From positions 11,243,231 through 11,307,230 of the forward strand of contig MU054187.1 of the NCBI GenBank assembly GCA_013239625.1: a DNA stretch of 64,000 bases, written 5' to 3'. This stretch comes from Lama guanicoe. Lineage: Eukaryota. Below the pieces are notes generated by a model, which was not told where the DNA came from, ran no database searches, and was given only the letters and a program-made list of their open reading frames with translations. Below, one piece after another: positions 1-13,675 of the stretch. Numbering within the stretch: position 1 is the first letter of the stretch; the number at the start of each line of letters is the position of its first letter. The position numbers were made by a program, and so were the translations under genes.

Positions 1-9
1 GTGCTGGCA

Positions 10-480
10 AATCCCAGACGCAATGTCCCACTTCTGAGCTTCTACCTGAGATCCAAACTGGTGTGTCCAGTTTTATCATGGACTAATGCCTAATTTATCA
101 TGCAGCTCAAGGTAAACTTGTCCAGAACAGAACTTTTGATTTTTCAACTTCACTATACACATGTTCACACCACCCCCCTCCCCCCCCCATACACACACAC
201 ACACACAAATTAAAATAAAAACAGAGCTGTTTCTGTCTTGGTCTTCCCCATCTCACCTTCCTCCCTGTCGCCCAAACCAAAACCTAGGAATTACCCGTAA
301 TTATTCTCTTTCTCTCACCTCGCACATATAATCCTTTCAGCAGGACCTGCTGGCCCTCCTTCCGCAACATATACCAAATGGTCCCCCTCCTCTTCCTTCC
401 CACTGCTATGACCCTATTCCAAACCACCATCTTCTCTCTTTGGCGCCTTAGAGGGTCTTCTGTTTCTATTCTTCTACTCA
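10..480 (+). mobile_element. L2 LINE fragment, interrupted by poly-C/(CA)n
   Basis: Degenerate L2-like phrases (tccagaacagaacttttgatt; ccaaaccaaaacctaggaatt; ccttccgcaacatataccaaat; ccaccatcttctctct). More L2-like sequence resumes at ~1200-1900. Confidence 0.6.
190..207. repeat. (CA)n microsatellite preceded by a poly-C tract
   Basis: Directly visible. Confidence 0.95.
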
Positions 481-859
481 GTGCAAGGGAAAGGACTTGG
501 ACAGTATTCTGTAAGACTAAGGAACCGACGAAAGGTGCTTGAACAGCAGTATAAAAATTGACCAGCTGGTAAAGTGAATTAGCCGAATGAGAGGAACCCA
601 ATGTGATACAGGACCATTAGGAAGATGGGTGATTGGTAATTGAATCATTGCTAACAAAGAAGAACAATTTCACTGAAACAAGAGGAGATGATCAAATGAA
701 GACAGTCACAGACATTAAGGCATCTCCCTAGTTCTGAGCCAGTCTGTCTTGTGGCTACAATCAATGGGCATGCATTGCAAATCCCATTGGAACACTGTGC
801 ATCAATGCATTCATTGATGTAGACAGTTAAGTTGTCAGTCAGCCAACACTCATTGACCA

Positions 860-1192
860 AGTCTACACCCTAAGACTTCATGTCCAGGATTTTTTCTGGA
901 CAGTTGGTCCCATAGGCATGGCTGAGTGCCCACAGGGATGACGACAGTTACTCAGTGTCCATTTCCTCCAGAGCTCAAGCTCCTATTGCATGTCCCAAGG
1001 CCCCTGCCACAAATTAAGCTGTTACTTCAAACTCTCTAGCACAGCCCAACGCCTCAGGTAAACAAGGACACTCCTAATAGACAAGATATTCCAAGGTCTT
1101 AGAGGTTACCTCCTGGGAGATGGGCCAGGACCAAACTTTTCTTTGGAATATAGAGAGTTGAACAATTCAGATCTGCTGCGTTCATTCTTCAC
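860..1192 (-). mobile_element. MER77/MER21-family LTR fragment
   Basis: gatattccaaggtcttagaggttacctcctgggagatgggccaggaccaaactttt...ctgctgcgttcattcttcact resembles the reverse complement of the MER77-type LTR 5' end as I recall it. Confidence 0.65.
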
Positions 1193-4189
1193 TCCAGCCC
1201 CAAACTCACTGGGTGTAAGAAAGTCCTCCCTGCCCCTCAGCACCCGTATCCAACTGGTCTCTAAGCTCTGTTTATTCCACCCCTATAGAGCCGTATATCC
1301 ATACACTTATCCTCATCCCCAGCACTTCCTTCCCGAACCCCAAACTAATCGGTTGCCAAAACTTATTCATTTTTTCCATAAAGGTTACCCAACTTAATCA
1401 CTTTCTTCTTTCTTACTCCTACTGTCTTAGTTTTGAGCTCCGCCAGGTCTTACATTGTCCCTGCTCCGCATCCTGCCAATCATCTTCCATAGTGCTTTCA
1501 GAATGATTCCTATAAAATAGGGACTTGGCTGTGCCATTCTGCTACCTAAAGTCTACTAATAAGTAACATCTCCATTTTGTCCACATTCCTTAGCAGAGCG
1601 CTGAATAAATGAATACACATTACCTCTCCAGACTCACTGTTTATTGTGTTCCAAACTAACCAAATTGCTTCTTGGTCTGCATACCTGTACATGTTCTGTT
1701 CTCTCCATCTGAATTGGTTTTCCCTCCTACAATCCACCCAACATCCAGTCAGCTATTTCCCAGGAGAAGTTCTACTTTTCTACACGAATCAACTGAGGTC
1801 ATAGTTGCTTTAGAAAGTCTTACCTCCCTTTAAAGTTTGCGGTCAAGTATCTCTTCTCTGATTTTGGAAACATTCTGTGCCTCCGTCAGTTCATATCTCA
1901 CATGACTTCATTCATTTATATCCTTCTGTCTCACTCCCTGGATGGGTAGACCCTCAGTGGCATCACTGATAATGTGTTTCAAGTTGGCACCTCCCAAACC
2001 CAGTGGCTGGACCTCAAAAGGCATGAAAGAGATGGATTTCTGAAGAGCTGGCATACTCAAAATTGCTGTAATAATCAAAATAATCTTAACAAAGGATAAC
2101 AGGTATTTTGGTTTCCACACAATGTATCAATAGCATAAATTCATTTTACCCACCCCTTAACTTTTGTAAATATACAGTGTTTTGAAGAGATTGGGAAGAT
2201 TCACATAGTTTCAGTTTTGCATAAAGTGGAAATTTCATATGCATATCATATCATTTCAAATTCACATAATTTAAATTCACAGTAAATGTAATGCCCACAT
2301 CCCAACACCTTATTTATAGTCTGTTCTTAAAGCTTATATCCTTCCCAACCAGTCCGCCTCCTGGTTGTCATTATATTTTATTTACTTTCTTAATCTTTTT
2401 TTTACTCTTCACCATAGTCATCACCAGTATTATTTCCTGAGATCAAGTAAAACTGAAAGATATAGCCTTTCTCTCCTCTCTTCCAAGTTATTACAGTTTT
2501 TCCCAAAAATATGATGGCAGGAACGCAGGCAAAAACATTTTATATCTCACGTTTTTAAGAAACAGGCTATTTGTCACTCATTTACTCTGTATGGAATATT
2601 AGTCGTTTGGAATAATAATCAGAGAGCATACTTTCAAGTTCTGTAACTAGCATGATACCAGATTGAATATAAAATATAATCTTACTTAGTGAGATCACAC
2701 AATTAAGTAATCTAAATTCAGATAAAGCCATCTCTAAAAAGTGGGTTTAAAGACCTTTGCAATTCCTACTACTGTTTGCATTATTTTTACTGGTTGTGGA
2801 GTCTAGAGTTGTTGGAATGTATCATAACAATGTTAGTAATTTAAAAAATAATAATAAACTTTTATCATCAAGAGCCTAGAAGTGTATAGGCCTCTTCAGC
2901 TGAAGCCTGAAATTTTTCATTTGCATTATAGCCTCTTAAAAGAAAATGCAGGATTCTGTTTTAGCTTTATTGGCTGTCTGGTAGAGCAGCAGTATAAAAA
3001 TTGGAACAAAGAAACAAGGGTGTTTTTTAACTTTTTTAGCATATAGATTAGTATTAATTACCATGAAATGAGCTGAAAATTCCTGCCAAGAAGCTGAGGT
3101 TTGTGGCTCCTTTAATGACTATTTTCTTCCCACTGGGTGAAGTAAAATTTTTTAAGTGTTAGGGATTTGCACCTGGAAAACATCTCTAAGCTATTTATAT
3201 AAGCAAGTCAATAGGAAAAGCACATTTTCCGTTTATAGCCTTTGTAATGCATTCAGGGGTCTGCATGGCCGTGCGTTGCTTTTAGCGGTGGCGCTGGGCT
3301 GTGGCACCGGGCAGACTTCAGCGCAGCAGCAGTGAGGCCAGAGTTCTCCACCATCCAGACTCAAGCCTCCCCGGTCAGCCTGGGGGCAGTGGTGGCTTCA
3401 TCTGTGTTGAGAGTCCTCAGATCCCATTTATTTTCCAAACTGGGGGAAACCGCAAAACTGTGCTCTGTTACTGTCACCTCCAAAACGGATTCAGCCTCTA
3501 ACAGGTACCCCAACCATTGAGGGACATAAAAACAAGATGCCACCAATGACATCGTTTTTGATTTTGTCCCAATTAAAATGTTTTTTGGACAGTTTGCCAC
3601 CACGGCCACCTCTGAGAATATCTTTTGAGGGAGAAGATGTCTACATAGAAGCAAACATGAGCCAAATTTGGTTTGGGGCCCCTGGAGGCCACGAAGATGA
3701 ACCTCAACCAGCTTCTGCTTAGAAAATACAGCTGACAAATGCCCAGTTTCTGTGCTCAGAACCCATGCTGCACACACTGCTCCAAACCAAGGACGGAGCA
3801 CCCTGCAGATCCCAGCCTGAGAGACGCAGGGCACCTCAGATTAGGCCTGGCTGAAACCTGCCCTGCACAGAGATTGCCTGCACCCCACTCCCCACCTGCT
3901 TTCCTCCCTTGCTTTCCAGGGCTGTCCTCACCACCTCTGACTTCGTCTCCTTTTTTTCCTTCACAGACCTTGATCTGCCCCCCAGTGAATCTCTTACGTG
4001 CCCAGTCTTGTCTTGATATCTGCCTCTGTGAGGCCTCGCATCCACGCAGCCATTGTTACCAGCTGTGATGATGGTACCCTGAGTAAACTAGAAACCCAAA
4101 CTAGCCCTGTCCCAGCCATCATCAAATTTTAATTCTCTCACGTCTTGTGGCAGAAAGTCCGTTACTGGTGTACCCAAGGAGTCGTTCAC

Positions 4190-4552
4190 CTTTTCGCTCC
4201 ACCATCCTAATGCAGCCTTTCCTCCTCAAGGTCACCAACAGGTACAAAACGGTAGCGAGAGCGCCAATCACCCCATCAGCTCCAGGCAGCAGGCAACAGT
4301 AATGGCGGAAGGACCAAAATGGTAATGATCCAGCTCCCTTTAAGAGCCTTCCTAGAAGTTAGTTCCACACAACTTCCCCTTTTGTTTCACTGGCTAGAAC
4401 ATAATCACATAATCATGTGGCCATGCCTAGCCACAAGGAGGGCTACAAATCCTGATGCATTTTACATCCAGACCACTATTGACATCCAGAATAGCACTGG
4501 ATGTTCTATCACTAAAGAAAAATGAAAGAATAGATATTTGTGGCAACTCACT
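4190..4552 (-). mobile_element. MaLR LTR (MLT1J/I/K-like)
   Basis: ccttcctagaag...cactggctagaac...catgtggccatgcctagccacaaggagggct...gaatagatatttgtggcaact is typical antisense MLT1 sequence. Confidence 0.7.
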
Positions 4553-4789
4553 GTCTCATTTCATGCGGACTTTGAGAGACAGGGTGATGTCTGGGCCTCT
4601 GTGAAGGTTGGGGGGGGGGTCCTGGTCATGAGCCCTACGCACCTTTGCCCAGGAGGGAAGAGCATGACCACGTGACCCCTTCCTTACTTAGTTCTTTACA
4701 GACCTAGGCTCAGGATTTTAGGGCGTAAATGAGTCTTTAAATCTTCCTACCTAAAGACAAGTATACAGTCTACGTGTCTTCAAAATTAC

Positions 4790-4940
4790 AGCGTGGTGAT
4801 TTCATACAGATGGATTTGGATGTCGGAAAGTATTAGAACTAACTCCCAGCTCTTTTGCCTCCTCTCGATAGGAACTAATGACCAAGCACTTAAGCCTTTC
4901 TGCCACATACTAAGTACTCAGTAAATGTTAGTCAGCTATT
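4790..4940 (+). mobile_element. MIR SINE (degenerate)
   Basis: 5' tRNA-like part and 3' end (cacatactaagtactcagtaaatgttagtcagctatt). Confidence 0.55.
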
Positions 4941-7295
4941 GGTTTGATATTTTTACATGAGGTAAGGACTGAACACTTGAAAAAATGGGGTGAGGTGTAA
5001 AAAAACCCTAAAATCTCTTTGGTTTTTAACTGAACCCTTCCTGAATGTTATACCCTAAACACCGAACCTGTCTCTCTTTTTTGAAGTTACAGTTACCTTT
5101 CCTAGCACTTCTATTTTAAATCTTTCCAGTCGTCTTATCTTTCTTCTAGATCTATTCCACCAATCTCTCCTTGAGTTTTGGTTTCTATGAGACCTTTTTT
5201 CTGCCCTTATTTTTTTTTCTTTTTCTAGATTCCCGGACCTTTTAGGATGTTCACCAGGTGTGCTTTCCAACCCCTACTAACGCTGCCATGCACTCTTGAC
5301 TTTCTCCTGGCACCTCAGCCCAGTGCCACGATGTGGTAGCAGATACTCACATGGCCTCCAATGCTATTTCTCTAGATCATATAATACTGACTATAAACCA
5401 CGACTGTTTTTAAGTTCTATTTTTATGATTTTTTTCTGTCCACTGGCCTGATGCCTCCACTCCGCTAGCCCCTTCCTTTTTTTTCCAGTTAAGGCGGCTG
5501 GACCTTGCCCCTTCTCTGTCTCAGCCCTGTAACGAAATGAGGGCAAGAAAAGGCTAGCAATGAAATTTTGCAAATCATCACTCATTTCACCTGTCACTCT
5601 GTACCCTAGCTCCTTGCGTGTTCTTTCCTCCTTTTTGAAAAAGCTAAGAGGGATGAGCCCCACACGGTGATCATTTCAAGTCTCGGGTGGAATTGACACT
5701 AACCTGCACGGCACTGTCATACAGCAGTCGAAGCAGGTCAGGAAGTGGAAACGGTACCAGCGATTGTAAGGGGTGCCGTATGGGGAGCTCTGATTGGAAG
5801 TCAATGTCATGCAGCCCATGGTAATGTTCTCCCGAAGCCCCTGGTCACCAGGCCAAGTAATTTACAGCAAAAATTGAGCCCATAGACAGAGCTTGAATAA
5901 ATACACTTTGGAAAGTTTGTTTGGGTAAATAGACATTATTAATTACATTTATAGCTAAATTAGCTCTTTGCATTCTCCCACACTGGAAACCAAGGTACAA
6001 ATGTATGTTCTGTTATAGTTCTTAGCATCTACACTTCTCTTAAGTTGCCCTGCTTCTCACAGGATAGCAATAGCTTCCAGCTCAACGATGAAAACCAATC
6101 CCAACTCAAAACTGAGACAACACGCACTTCATATCCAATTTTCAAACATAAAGCATAATTTTATCCAAGCTTATTTTTACAAACAAAAATAGTCACAGAA
6201 AAGCATTCTGAACCAAATTAATTTATAAATGTAAATCCTACAATACATTAAACATATTTAATCAACCGAGCTGAGTTCATTCTAAGAGGAAACGATACAG
6301 TACCAGGCTTTGATAGTCAACACATGGCAGGATGCTTTAATGACAGTATTTGCATAAAGTCCAAGTATGAGTTGCTAATCTATTTGCCTTGGAGGGAAAT
6401 GGATGAATAGCTGAGTATGTTATAAGAGTTGACAGGGCTCTGGTCTAAGCATACCTATCATATAAAGAACAAGATGGAAATAATTCTACATTGGAATATC
6501 TGCTTTGTGTTGGGTAGTTACATGAATTCCTTCTCTGCTTTATATATCAGCGTCTTAATTACCATGATGAATTCCTGGCACCCCAAGCTATTTTGTCTTT
6601 TTTATATTATCTAGAATAAGAATTATGCAGTGAACTTTTTCATTTTTTTAATGTACTACCTTAGTGTAATTTAACAAAATTAATCTGACCAATCCTACTT
6701 TTCTTACAATATTCCATCCTTTTATTGATATCTTTCTTTTTCACTAGTCACGATCTTTTCATGTTTAAAGTCCATCTTTCTAAGAGTTTACCTTAGATAC
6801 CACTTTAGTAACATACATACACACACAACTTCCTTAGGTGTTTTTACCCAGAAATATTTCATTTTCTTAATTGGGTCAATGCTTGTAACATAAAATCTGC
6901 TCTAGTAACCATGGAAAAGAAGAAACAGAGTAAGAACATTATATCAATTTAGACTAAGAAACGAGATACTTATTTCACAATGTAGTACCCACCTCAAAAC
7001 TTCATAGTTTTGTTTAGTTTAGGATGAGGATCACATGGGTAAAATGTGTGGTCTCCTTTGAGGGGAAAAATCAGGATCTCTCTAAATTATTTTCTGGTTT
7101 AGAGAATTACAAAAAATGATAGCTTCAAAGAGAAGAACAATCTAATAAAATCAGTGTTGCCATCAGACCCAGGCAAGAGAAATAGGAGTGCTTTAGAGGG
7201 CTCTGCATATCACAAACTTATGCACAAAATAAATTTATCGAAGGACACACGTACATCTCTGGTGCTCACAATCCAAGCTCAGAGCAGCCCCTAAC

Positions 7296-7497
7296 CAGTG
7301 CTGTATGATGTTTACGAGTCAGCTCACAGTGGTAGGGAGAACCTGATTCGTAGTACGTGCTGGTTCCCAAGGTGTAAATGTTCCCACCCGTGGCAGGTTT
7401 CAGACTCCCCATGTGACGTCACTGACCTCAGAGTTGGAAAAGATGCCATCAATGGATTCTCCCAAGCCCATGTGAGCTGGTTCCAGCCCAGCACTGC
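7296..7497 (-). mobile_element. MER63A-like hAT-Blackjack non-autonomous DNA transposon
   Basis: Termini ccagtg...cactg; internal gtgtaaatgttcccaccgtggc and gtgacgtcactga...gagttggaaaagatgc fit MER63. Confidence 0.8.
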
Positions 7498-10254
7498 CTG
7501 TGCCTCTGACCACGCCCTCTTGTGACTAATACAGCCAGGCTGTCTCCATATCTCTTGCCCTCTGTCTACTAAACAAAAGATGACTGTGTGCAAACGCTTT
7601 GAAGTTTTCTGTGTTGAGTTTCTGATAGTGTCAGAGACAGACCTTGACTTAGAGTGTGGGCAAGATTTGAAAGGTGGAAACTTTTAGGTAAAAGAAAGGA
7701 CAGATTAATTAGCTTGTCAAATCTGTCCTCTCTGATAGCTAGAAGGCAATAGATTCTCACATAAGGAAACTTCATAATTTGAGCAAGAATAACATGTTAC
7801 TGATGTTGCACAAAGACAAGAAAAAATAAATCATGTGGATTAGGTTTTAATAATTTATGAATTGTGTATCTTTTTATTTGATCATTTATCCAAGTCTCAC
7901 TAGCTCATCAACAGAACATTTAGTCAAGTATGAGAATGGACGCTATCTTTTATATATTTTGCCAAACTGCAGTCATATTAATCATGTAACTTCACACATA
8001 TATTTTGTTATATCAAGTCCTATTTGTCAAACCAGAAGGCTAGAATATACTTAGCAGGCTAACAATTTAATTTATAACTTTAAATATTTGGACATTACTA
8101 ATTAACTAGCTATGTTAGTTATGAAATTACTTTTCAATATTATCACATTCAATATTTATATTGCTATGCAAATGGACCACAAGTTAATCCATTTGGAAAG
8201 TTTTTAAACTTATCAAGTATTGTGAAAATATGGATAAAAAATTTGGATTTGAATTTTTAAAGCAAGTTTTTTTTCCCACAGTAATTAAGCATAGTTAGTG
8301 ACTATAAATGCAGTTGTTTAAGCATTTACACAGATAACATTTTGCTATCTGGAAGCAGATTAAAGATTTTGAAGGCAGTAAGCAGTATTTTTATTTTCTT
8401 TAAAGGATTTCTGAAAGCCCGACTCTTCTCTCTTGAAACATTTTTTTGCCCAAAGAATATGGATTTTTCTTAATTGAAACAAAGTCATTCATGATTGTGC
8501 TATAAAACCCAAATAGAATCATTGAATTTCCCTGAGTCTTAAATATCTTATCTCAAATAGGAATTAAGAATAGTGCATACATATCACACCCACGTTGTGG
8601 TTTTGGGTGTTTTGAGAGACAACACACTGTGGCATGTAGCACAAGGTGGACCTTTACTAAATGTTTCTTGCCTTCCCATCTCTAGATTATAGTTTCCATG
8701 GCAATCATTTAGCACATCTTTATATTCCCATGTACTATTTAAGTAGATTTTGATCCATGGAGGACAGAGACTATGCCTCATTCCCTTTTAAATGTCTAAC
8801 CCTGAACTTGAGGTCAGGTACATTTCCTAGTGTTGAATGATGTCAACACCTTAAGCATAAATATTATTACACCGTATGTTTGTGCTGTGGAGCCTGAAAT
8901 ACCAGCCTGTGTGTAGGCAGAAGAGGAGTTTACCTACATGATGCAATGTGATTGGAAGCAATCCAGTTTTTAAAAATTTCCAATTCTGCAATTCCCAAAT
9001 CCACAATGTTTCATGTTCCATTTGTAGAATTTAATCACTTTGATACTTCCTTGCTTTGGTCTTCTTTTAATACAAAAATAATCCTAAGAACTTTAAAACA
9101 AACGCGTTCTCTGTGGGGATATGAAGGCAGAAGTACCGTAGGCTGGCAGAGAACTAAAATTGAGGCAAAGAAGAGATTTTGCTAACATTTTGGAAGAAAT
9201 AACTCTAGGGCATTTACACGGGATGATTGCAAATAGTCTATCGTACAGAACTTGCAGTTGGTAACATTGAAATTTTTAAAAAAAACAGGTATTACACTTT
9301 GGAAGTCATAATATTTACCAGCATCTCAAACCAAAATGAGTCTTTTATACTCTTTATTTTTGTTCCCACACTATAACCACTCTACGTGACTCCTTCCTTC
9401 CAGCATCGTAAAAAGAAGTTAAAGGAAATAACTCTTCATCCTCACTCATCACTCTCATGCTCATCCTGTATAGAAATGCAAATCAGACAGGAAGATGACA
9501 AATGCAAGCTATAGAATATCTGCCAAGATCTGGAAAAATTGCAAAACTTAAGTGGAAAAGGATTTAAAAAAATAAAAATAAGTGAAGTTCATGCAAAGCT
9601 TCTTTGTCTCGGTGAAGAAGAGGTGGGTGGAGCGGAAACCCAGGAAGAGGTGGAGTGGGGGAGGTGCTGTCCTTTAGACACATATGTTACAGAAGAAGCC
9701 AACGTGTTTAAAATCAGTGAATTTAAACTCATGTATTACATTGTGCTTGCTTCTTTGTTTTTTAAGTCGTTGATGTTGTTTTTTAAGCTATTTAAGGCAG
9801 TCATTAAAGGCAATCTCTGGTTTATTCTGCACAACGAGCCAGGAAGTTTTGGCAAGGAATTGACCCATTCACGTTCTTGGGAGTGGAGTGTCTCGTAACA
9901 GGACCATGATGAGTCCTCTGAATGGAGCGATCGTCTGGAGTGAAAACATGATGTTCTCCATCTAGATTGTGGCTGTTCTGTACACACAGCCTATTTATCA
10001 GTTAAGTGTCTGCCCAGGGAACTATTATCTTTGTTTTGTTTCCCTAACAAAAGCCCAGTTTTTAGAGATTGTTTCAAGCCCCTAGGCACAGAACACTTTA
10101 AAAAATTTCCTCTCTGGGGATAACCAGGAACAAAAATGTAGAACCTGGTGGGATGCTTCCTCTTAAGTTCCTTACTTGCCTCATAAAAGTAGATAATCTA
10201 GAAGAGCCACTAGGAGCTCCTCAGAGGAGGTGGTGTAATTACTTAGCATAAAAT

Positions 10255-10465
10255 ATTAAGTGCTGATGTAGCACTTGCGTGATTCTCAATGCACTTCCAC
10301 GTGCATTGCCTTAGTCAGTCCTCACCACGACCCTGTGAGGTATCAAGAAAGGTTTTATTTTGCAGAGATGAAAACAGAGATTTGAAGAAGTGATCTGACT
10401 AAAGCAGAACGGTTAATGGGATTCGAGCCTCGCCTCTGCGTTTCCTAGTCTGCTCCTTCTGCTGT
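10255..10465 (-). mobile_element. MIR SINE
   Basis: cctcaccacgaccctgtgaggta...ttttgcagagatgaaaacagaga...gggattcgagcc is an antisense MIR core. Confidence 0.75.
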
Positions 10466-10672
10466 ATTGTGATACCACACGTAGAAAACCCAAGTCATCC
10501 TGTAACTTGGGAGCTCTTGGGAGCTTTGTCTCCTGGCTTCCTTTTACATTTTAAAGTCAACTTTAAATCTCTGTTTATCATTCCATTAGTCCTTCATCTT
10601 TTTGCTTCCCTGCTTTCATGCCTCACTCATATTCCTCATCTAAAAATGTTGTCATTATATCAAAGAATTTTA

Positions 10673-10770
10673 GGGGGTGGGTAATAGCTCAGTGGGAGAG
10701 CATGTGCTGAGCATGCACGAGGTCCTGGGTTCCATCCCTAGTACCTCCAATAGAAAAAAAAAAAAGAAAG
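10673..10770 (+). mobile_element. tRNA-derived camelid SINE (Vic-1-like), short form
   Basis: A box tagctcagtgg, B box gggttccatccc, A-rich tail; target-site duplication aaagaatttt (10662-10671) / aaaggatttt (10771-10780). Confidence 0.9.
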
Positions 10771-12032
10771 AAAGGATTTTCTATGGAAACTGTAAATTAG
10801 TGAACTGAGAAGAGGCACGTAATTGTAAATGTTCCTTTCATAGTTTATTCTTTGATGTTTCATTCATTGATAAACGTATGGAGCTAAAGAACAAGAGCTC
10901 TTTGACCCTCTTCATTGCCCAAGGGGGCCAGGAAAGCAAGGATCCTGCTGCGTAGCCCACAGTTACAAAGAGGAGTGTGTCCCTGCTTGCACAGGGCAGT
11001 CCCAGGTCTGTGTAAGGAGGGACATTCTCCCACTCACTCTCAGAACCGTGCCCATCTGAACAATAAATTGTCCCTCAGGACCAAGCATAGCAAACCACCT
11101 TTAGGACAGACAGAGAAGGGGCTCCTTCTCCTTTACACAGTCCTTCAAAGAACTTACCTTTGGCAAAGTTCTACCAGCCTCCTGGTCACACAGGTATCTG
11201 CTCCTTGATCTGAAGCTGCAGTCCTGATCTGCTGGAATATGCTTGTTTCAATTGGATTAATTGCAACCATGAAGAGGGGGAGTGCCCACATGACAGGATG
11301 GCATGTTTTCCAAAGGTCATTTATATTTGATTTTGGAGTGCAGCACAGCTATTTTTGCACTGTTTTTCTTTGACAAGAATACCCAGATTCTATTCCACAA
11401 AAGCCCAGAGTTCAATAACACGTTAATAGCTATTCTCTGAAAGTTGTTTCTTTATTGAGCTTGAGAAACCCCAAGTTAAACAAGTTTTAAAATAAATATT
11501 TATAAAAGCATTTAATATTTTAATGTGCACTGCGCACCTTTGGGCTGGAGAGATGGGTTACGTGGGATGTTTACCCGTCGACTTGATGGTGGAAGACAGT
11601 TGGGAAACCAGTGGCATAGGCTTTGATTAGGACAATATGAAAATGGTTTTAATAGTACTCAGCATATGACGGTAATTAATAAATGGTTTAATTGATTTCA
11701 ATTTCCCAACCACACACTAGCTTAGTGATGAGGAATAACCAAAAATTAGGTTGAGTAACAGTGTTTTCAACTAAAGTAGAAGATCTGCCCTGTGAATCCC
11801 TCCTAGAAAATCTTAGGAAACACTAGGAAATCTTCCCAGAAACAGAAGTCATCAGTAGTCACCACATGAAGAATTCATTGTTCCTCACAAATTATTCTGC
11901 TAATATTAACTGTTATATGTAGGACAGTAATTAGCTGAAAGTACTGAGAAGTGAAATTTTCCACATTCCTCTCAAATTCGTGAATGAAGTCAGAGTCAGA
12001 ACTGATATAATTCAATTGCACCTATATGCACT

Positions 12033-12033
<1 letters not shown>

Positions 12034-12063
<30 letters not shown>
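12034..12063. repeat. compound (TG)n(AG)n microsatellite
   Basis: Directly visible. Confidence 0.95.
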
Positions 12064-12214
12064 TAGCTGTCTGTAACTGCTTCAGTTTTGTAGCACTTAC
12101 CACACTTGTGATTGTTGCTATTTTGTTGTTGTTTCCAACAACTCTGGAATAGATTGTTTTTTCCTTCTTGGTGTGCCTCAGAACCTCCAACAGTGTCTTC
12201 TGCTAAAGCACATA

Positions 12215-12532
12215 AAGTTGTCCCTCCGTATCTATGGGGTATTGGTTCCAGGATCCCTACGGACAACAAAATCCAAGGATACTCTCATGAACCTTATACA
12301 AAATGGCTAGTATTTGCCTGTAGCCTAGTACACTCTCCTGTATACTTTAAATCATCTCTAGATTACTTCTAATACCCAATACCACATAAATGATATGTAA
12401 ATATAATGTAAATGCTATGTAAATAGTTGCTAGCACAGAGCAAATTCAGATTTTGCCTTTTGGAACTTTCTGGAATTTTTTTCCAATATCTTCCAACTGA
12501 GGTTGGTTGAATTCGAAGCTGCAGGCCAACTA
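12215..12532 (+). mobile_element. MER2B-like TcMar-Tigger MITE
   Basis: gttgtccctccgtatct...ttggttccaggatccc...tatactttaaatcatctctagattactt...gcaaattcagattttgccttttggaactttctggaa...ggttggttgaattc. Confidence 0.85.
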
Positions 12533-13479
12533 TGCATTCTGTGCATACACCAAGAATCTCACGAGCAATTTTGAAGGCAAATAAGATCCCTAATCCTTGT
12601 TTGTTTGTTTTTAAAAATGGCACCATCTGGTCACAGTTGAAGATGACACAAATCTTTAATTAGTGTACAACTCCTGCTTGTAAGATCCGTTTTTATTCAT
12701 CTGGTAAAGAAAATTCATCTTTCCAAAATATTTATCACATCACTATCTCACTTATATGAGGGTCTTTGCTGTTGTACACTTTATAGTGAAGTACTTTGCT
12801 GAAATTCCTTGGTGCCCAGGAAAACTATGTCTTGTTCCAAATTAAATTTTATAGCTGCAAAGCTAAGAGAACTTTGTCAAGAAAGATGCTCGTTCAGTTT
12901 TTAAGTTTAATTTTTCCATGGAAAAATTCAGCATATCTTAGCCTAAGTCAATTAGAACTCTTCATGTTTTAGATTTAGATTTCAAGTGTATTTTCCATAT
13001 CCCATCCTTTCTCTGCACCACATCTTATTTCTATTTCCACTGGTTATTAAGTTTAACTAGCCAAATTTTAATCTTCTAATTACTACCTCACATTATTTTT
13101 AGAATGAGGCTAGACAGAAATAGATGTATAAATAAACAGAAGAACAGGTAAATATTCTTAAGTATTTTTCTTATTAAAACATTTTCCAACCAATTATGAA
13201 ACTACGCTTGTTTCTCTAGGCCAGATATATGACATAGCTTTCAAATTTTTCTCTAGAAATTCACAAACGTATGATGACAAATGTAATAAAAAATCTAAAT
13301 GTGAAACATTCAGCCATGTGTGACCATTCCAGATATTTTATAAGAAAAAAAAGACAATTATGTCCAATGTACGTTCAGTTTAGCTTAAAGAGATTATTTT
13401 GAGCTTTGACTTTCTAAGGTTTATAATATTCCTAACTAATTTTCTGCTTTCTTAAGTTGATAACAACTGTAGTCATGAG

Positions 13480-13675
13480 GGTGGTACTTTTTAAAATGCC
13501 AATTGCCTACGTGTACTCTCTCAATTCTCAGAACAAGCCAACGAGATAGATGATTTTTTTTTAATGGTATAAATAAGGGAAATGAGGCCATAAGAATTTA
13601 AGTACCTTTCCCAATGTCACCCAACTTGAAAGTTATGGGGCCAGAATTTGAATCCCTGACCCTAAAGCTTATAAT
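13480..13675 (-). mobile_element. MIR SINE
   Basis: ataagggaaatgaggcccataagaatttaagtacctttcccaatgtcacccaact...ggggccagaatttgaatcc. Confidence 0.7.

Noticed and set aside
3361..3834. 157-aa minus-strand ORF
   Set aside because: No recognisable domain and no convincing exon boundaries.
5704..5850. Possible minus-strand coding exon ending CAG|gttagt, with an open frame reading GLRENITMGC...TVPC
   Set aside because: No polypyrimidine acceptor, and the peptide matches nothing I recognise.
10673..10748. tRNA-like A/B box sequences as tRNA genes (also 29.5, 39.4 and 59.9 kb)
   Set aside because: They have A-rich tails and target-site duplications, so they are SINEs.
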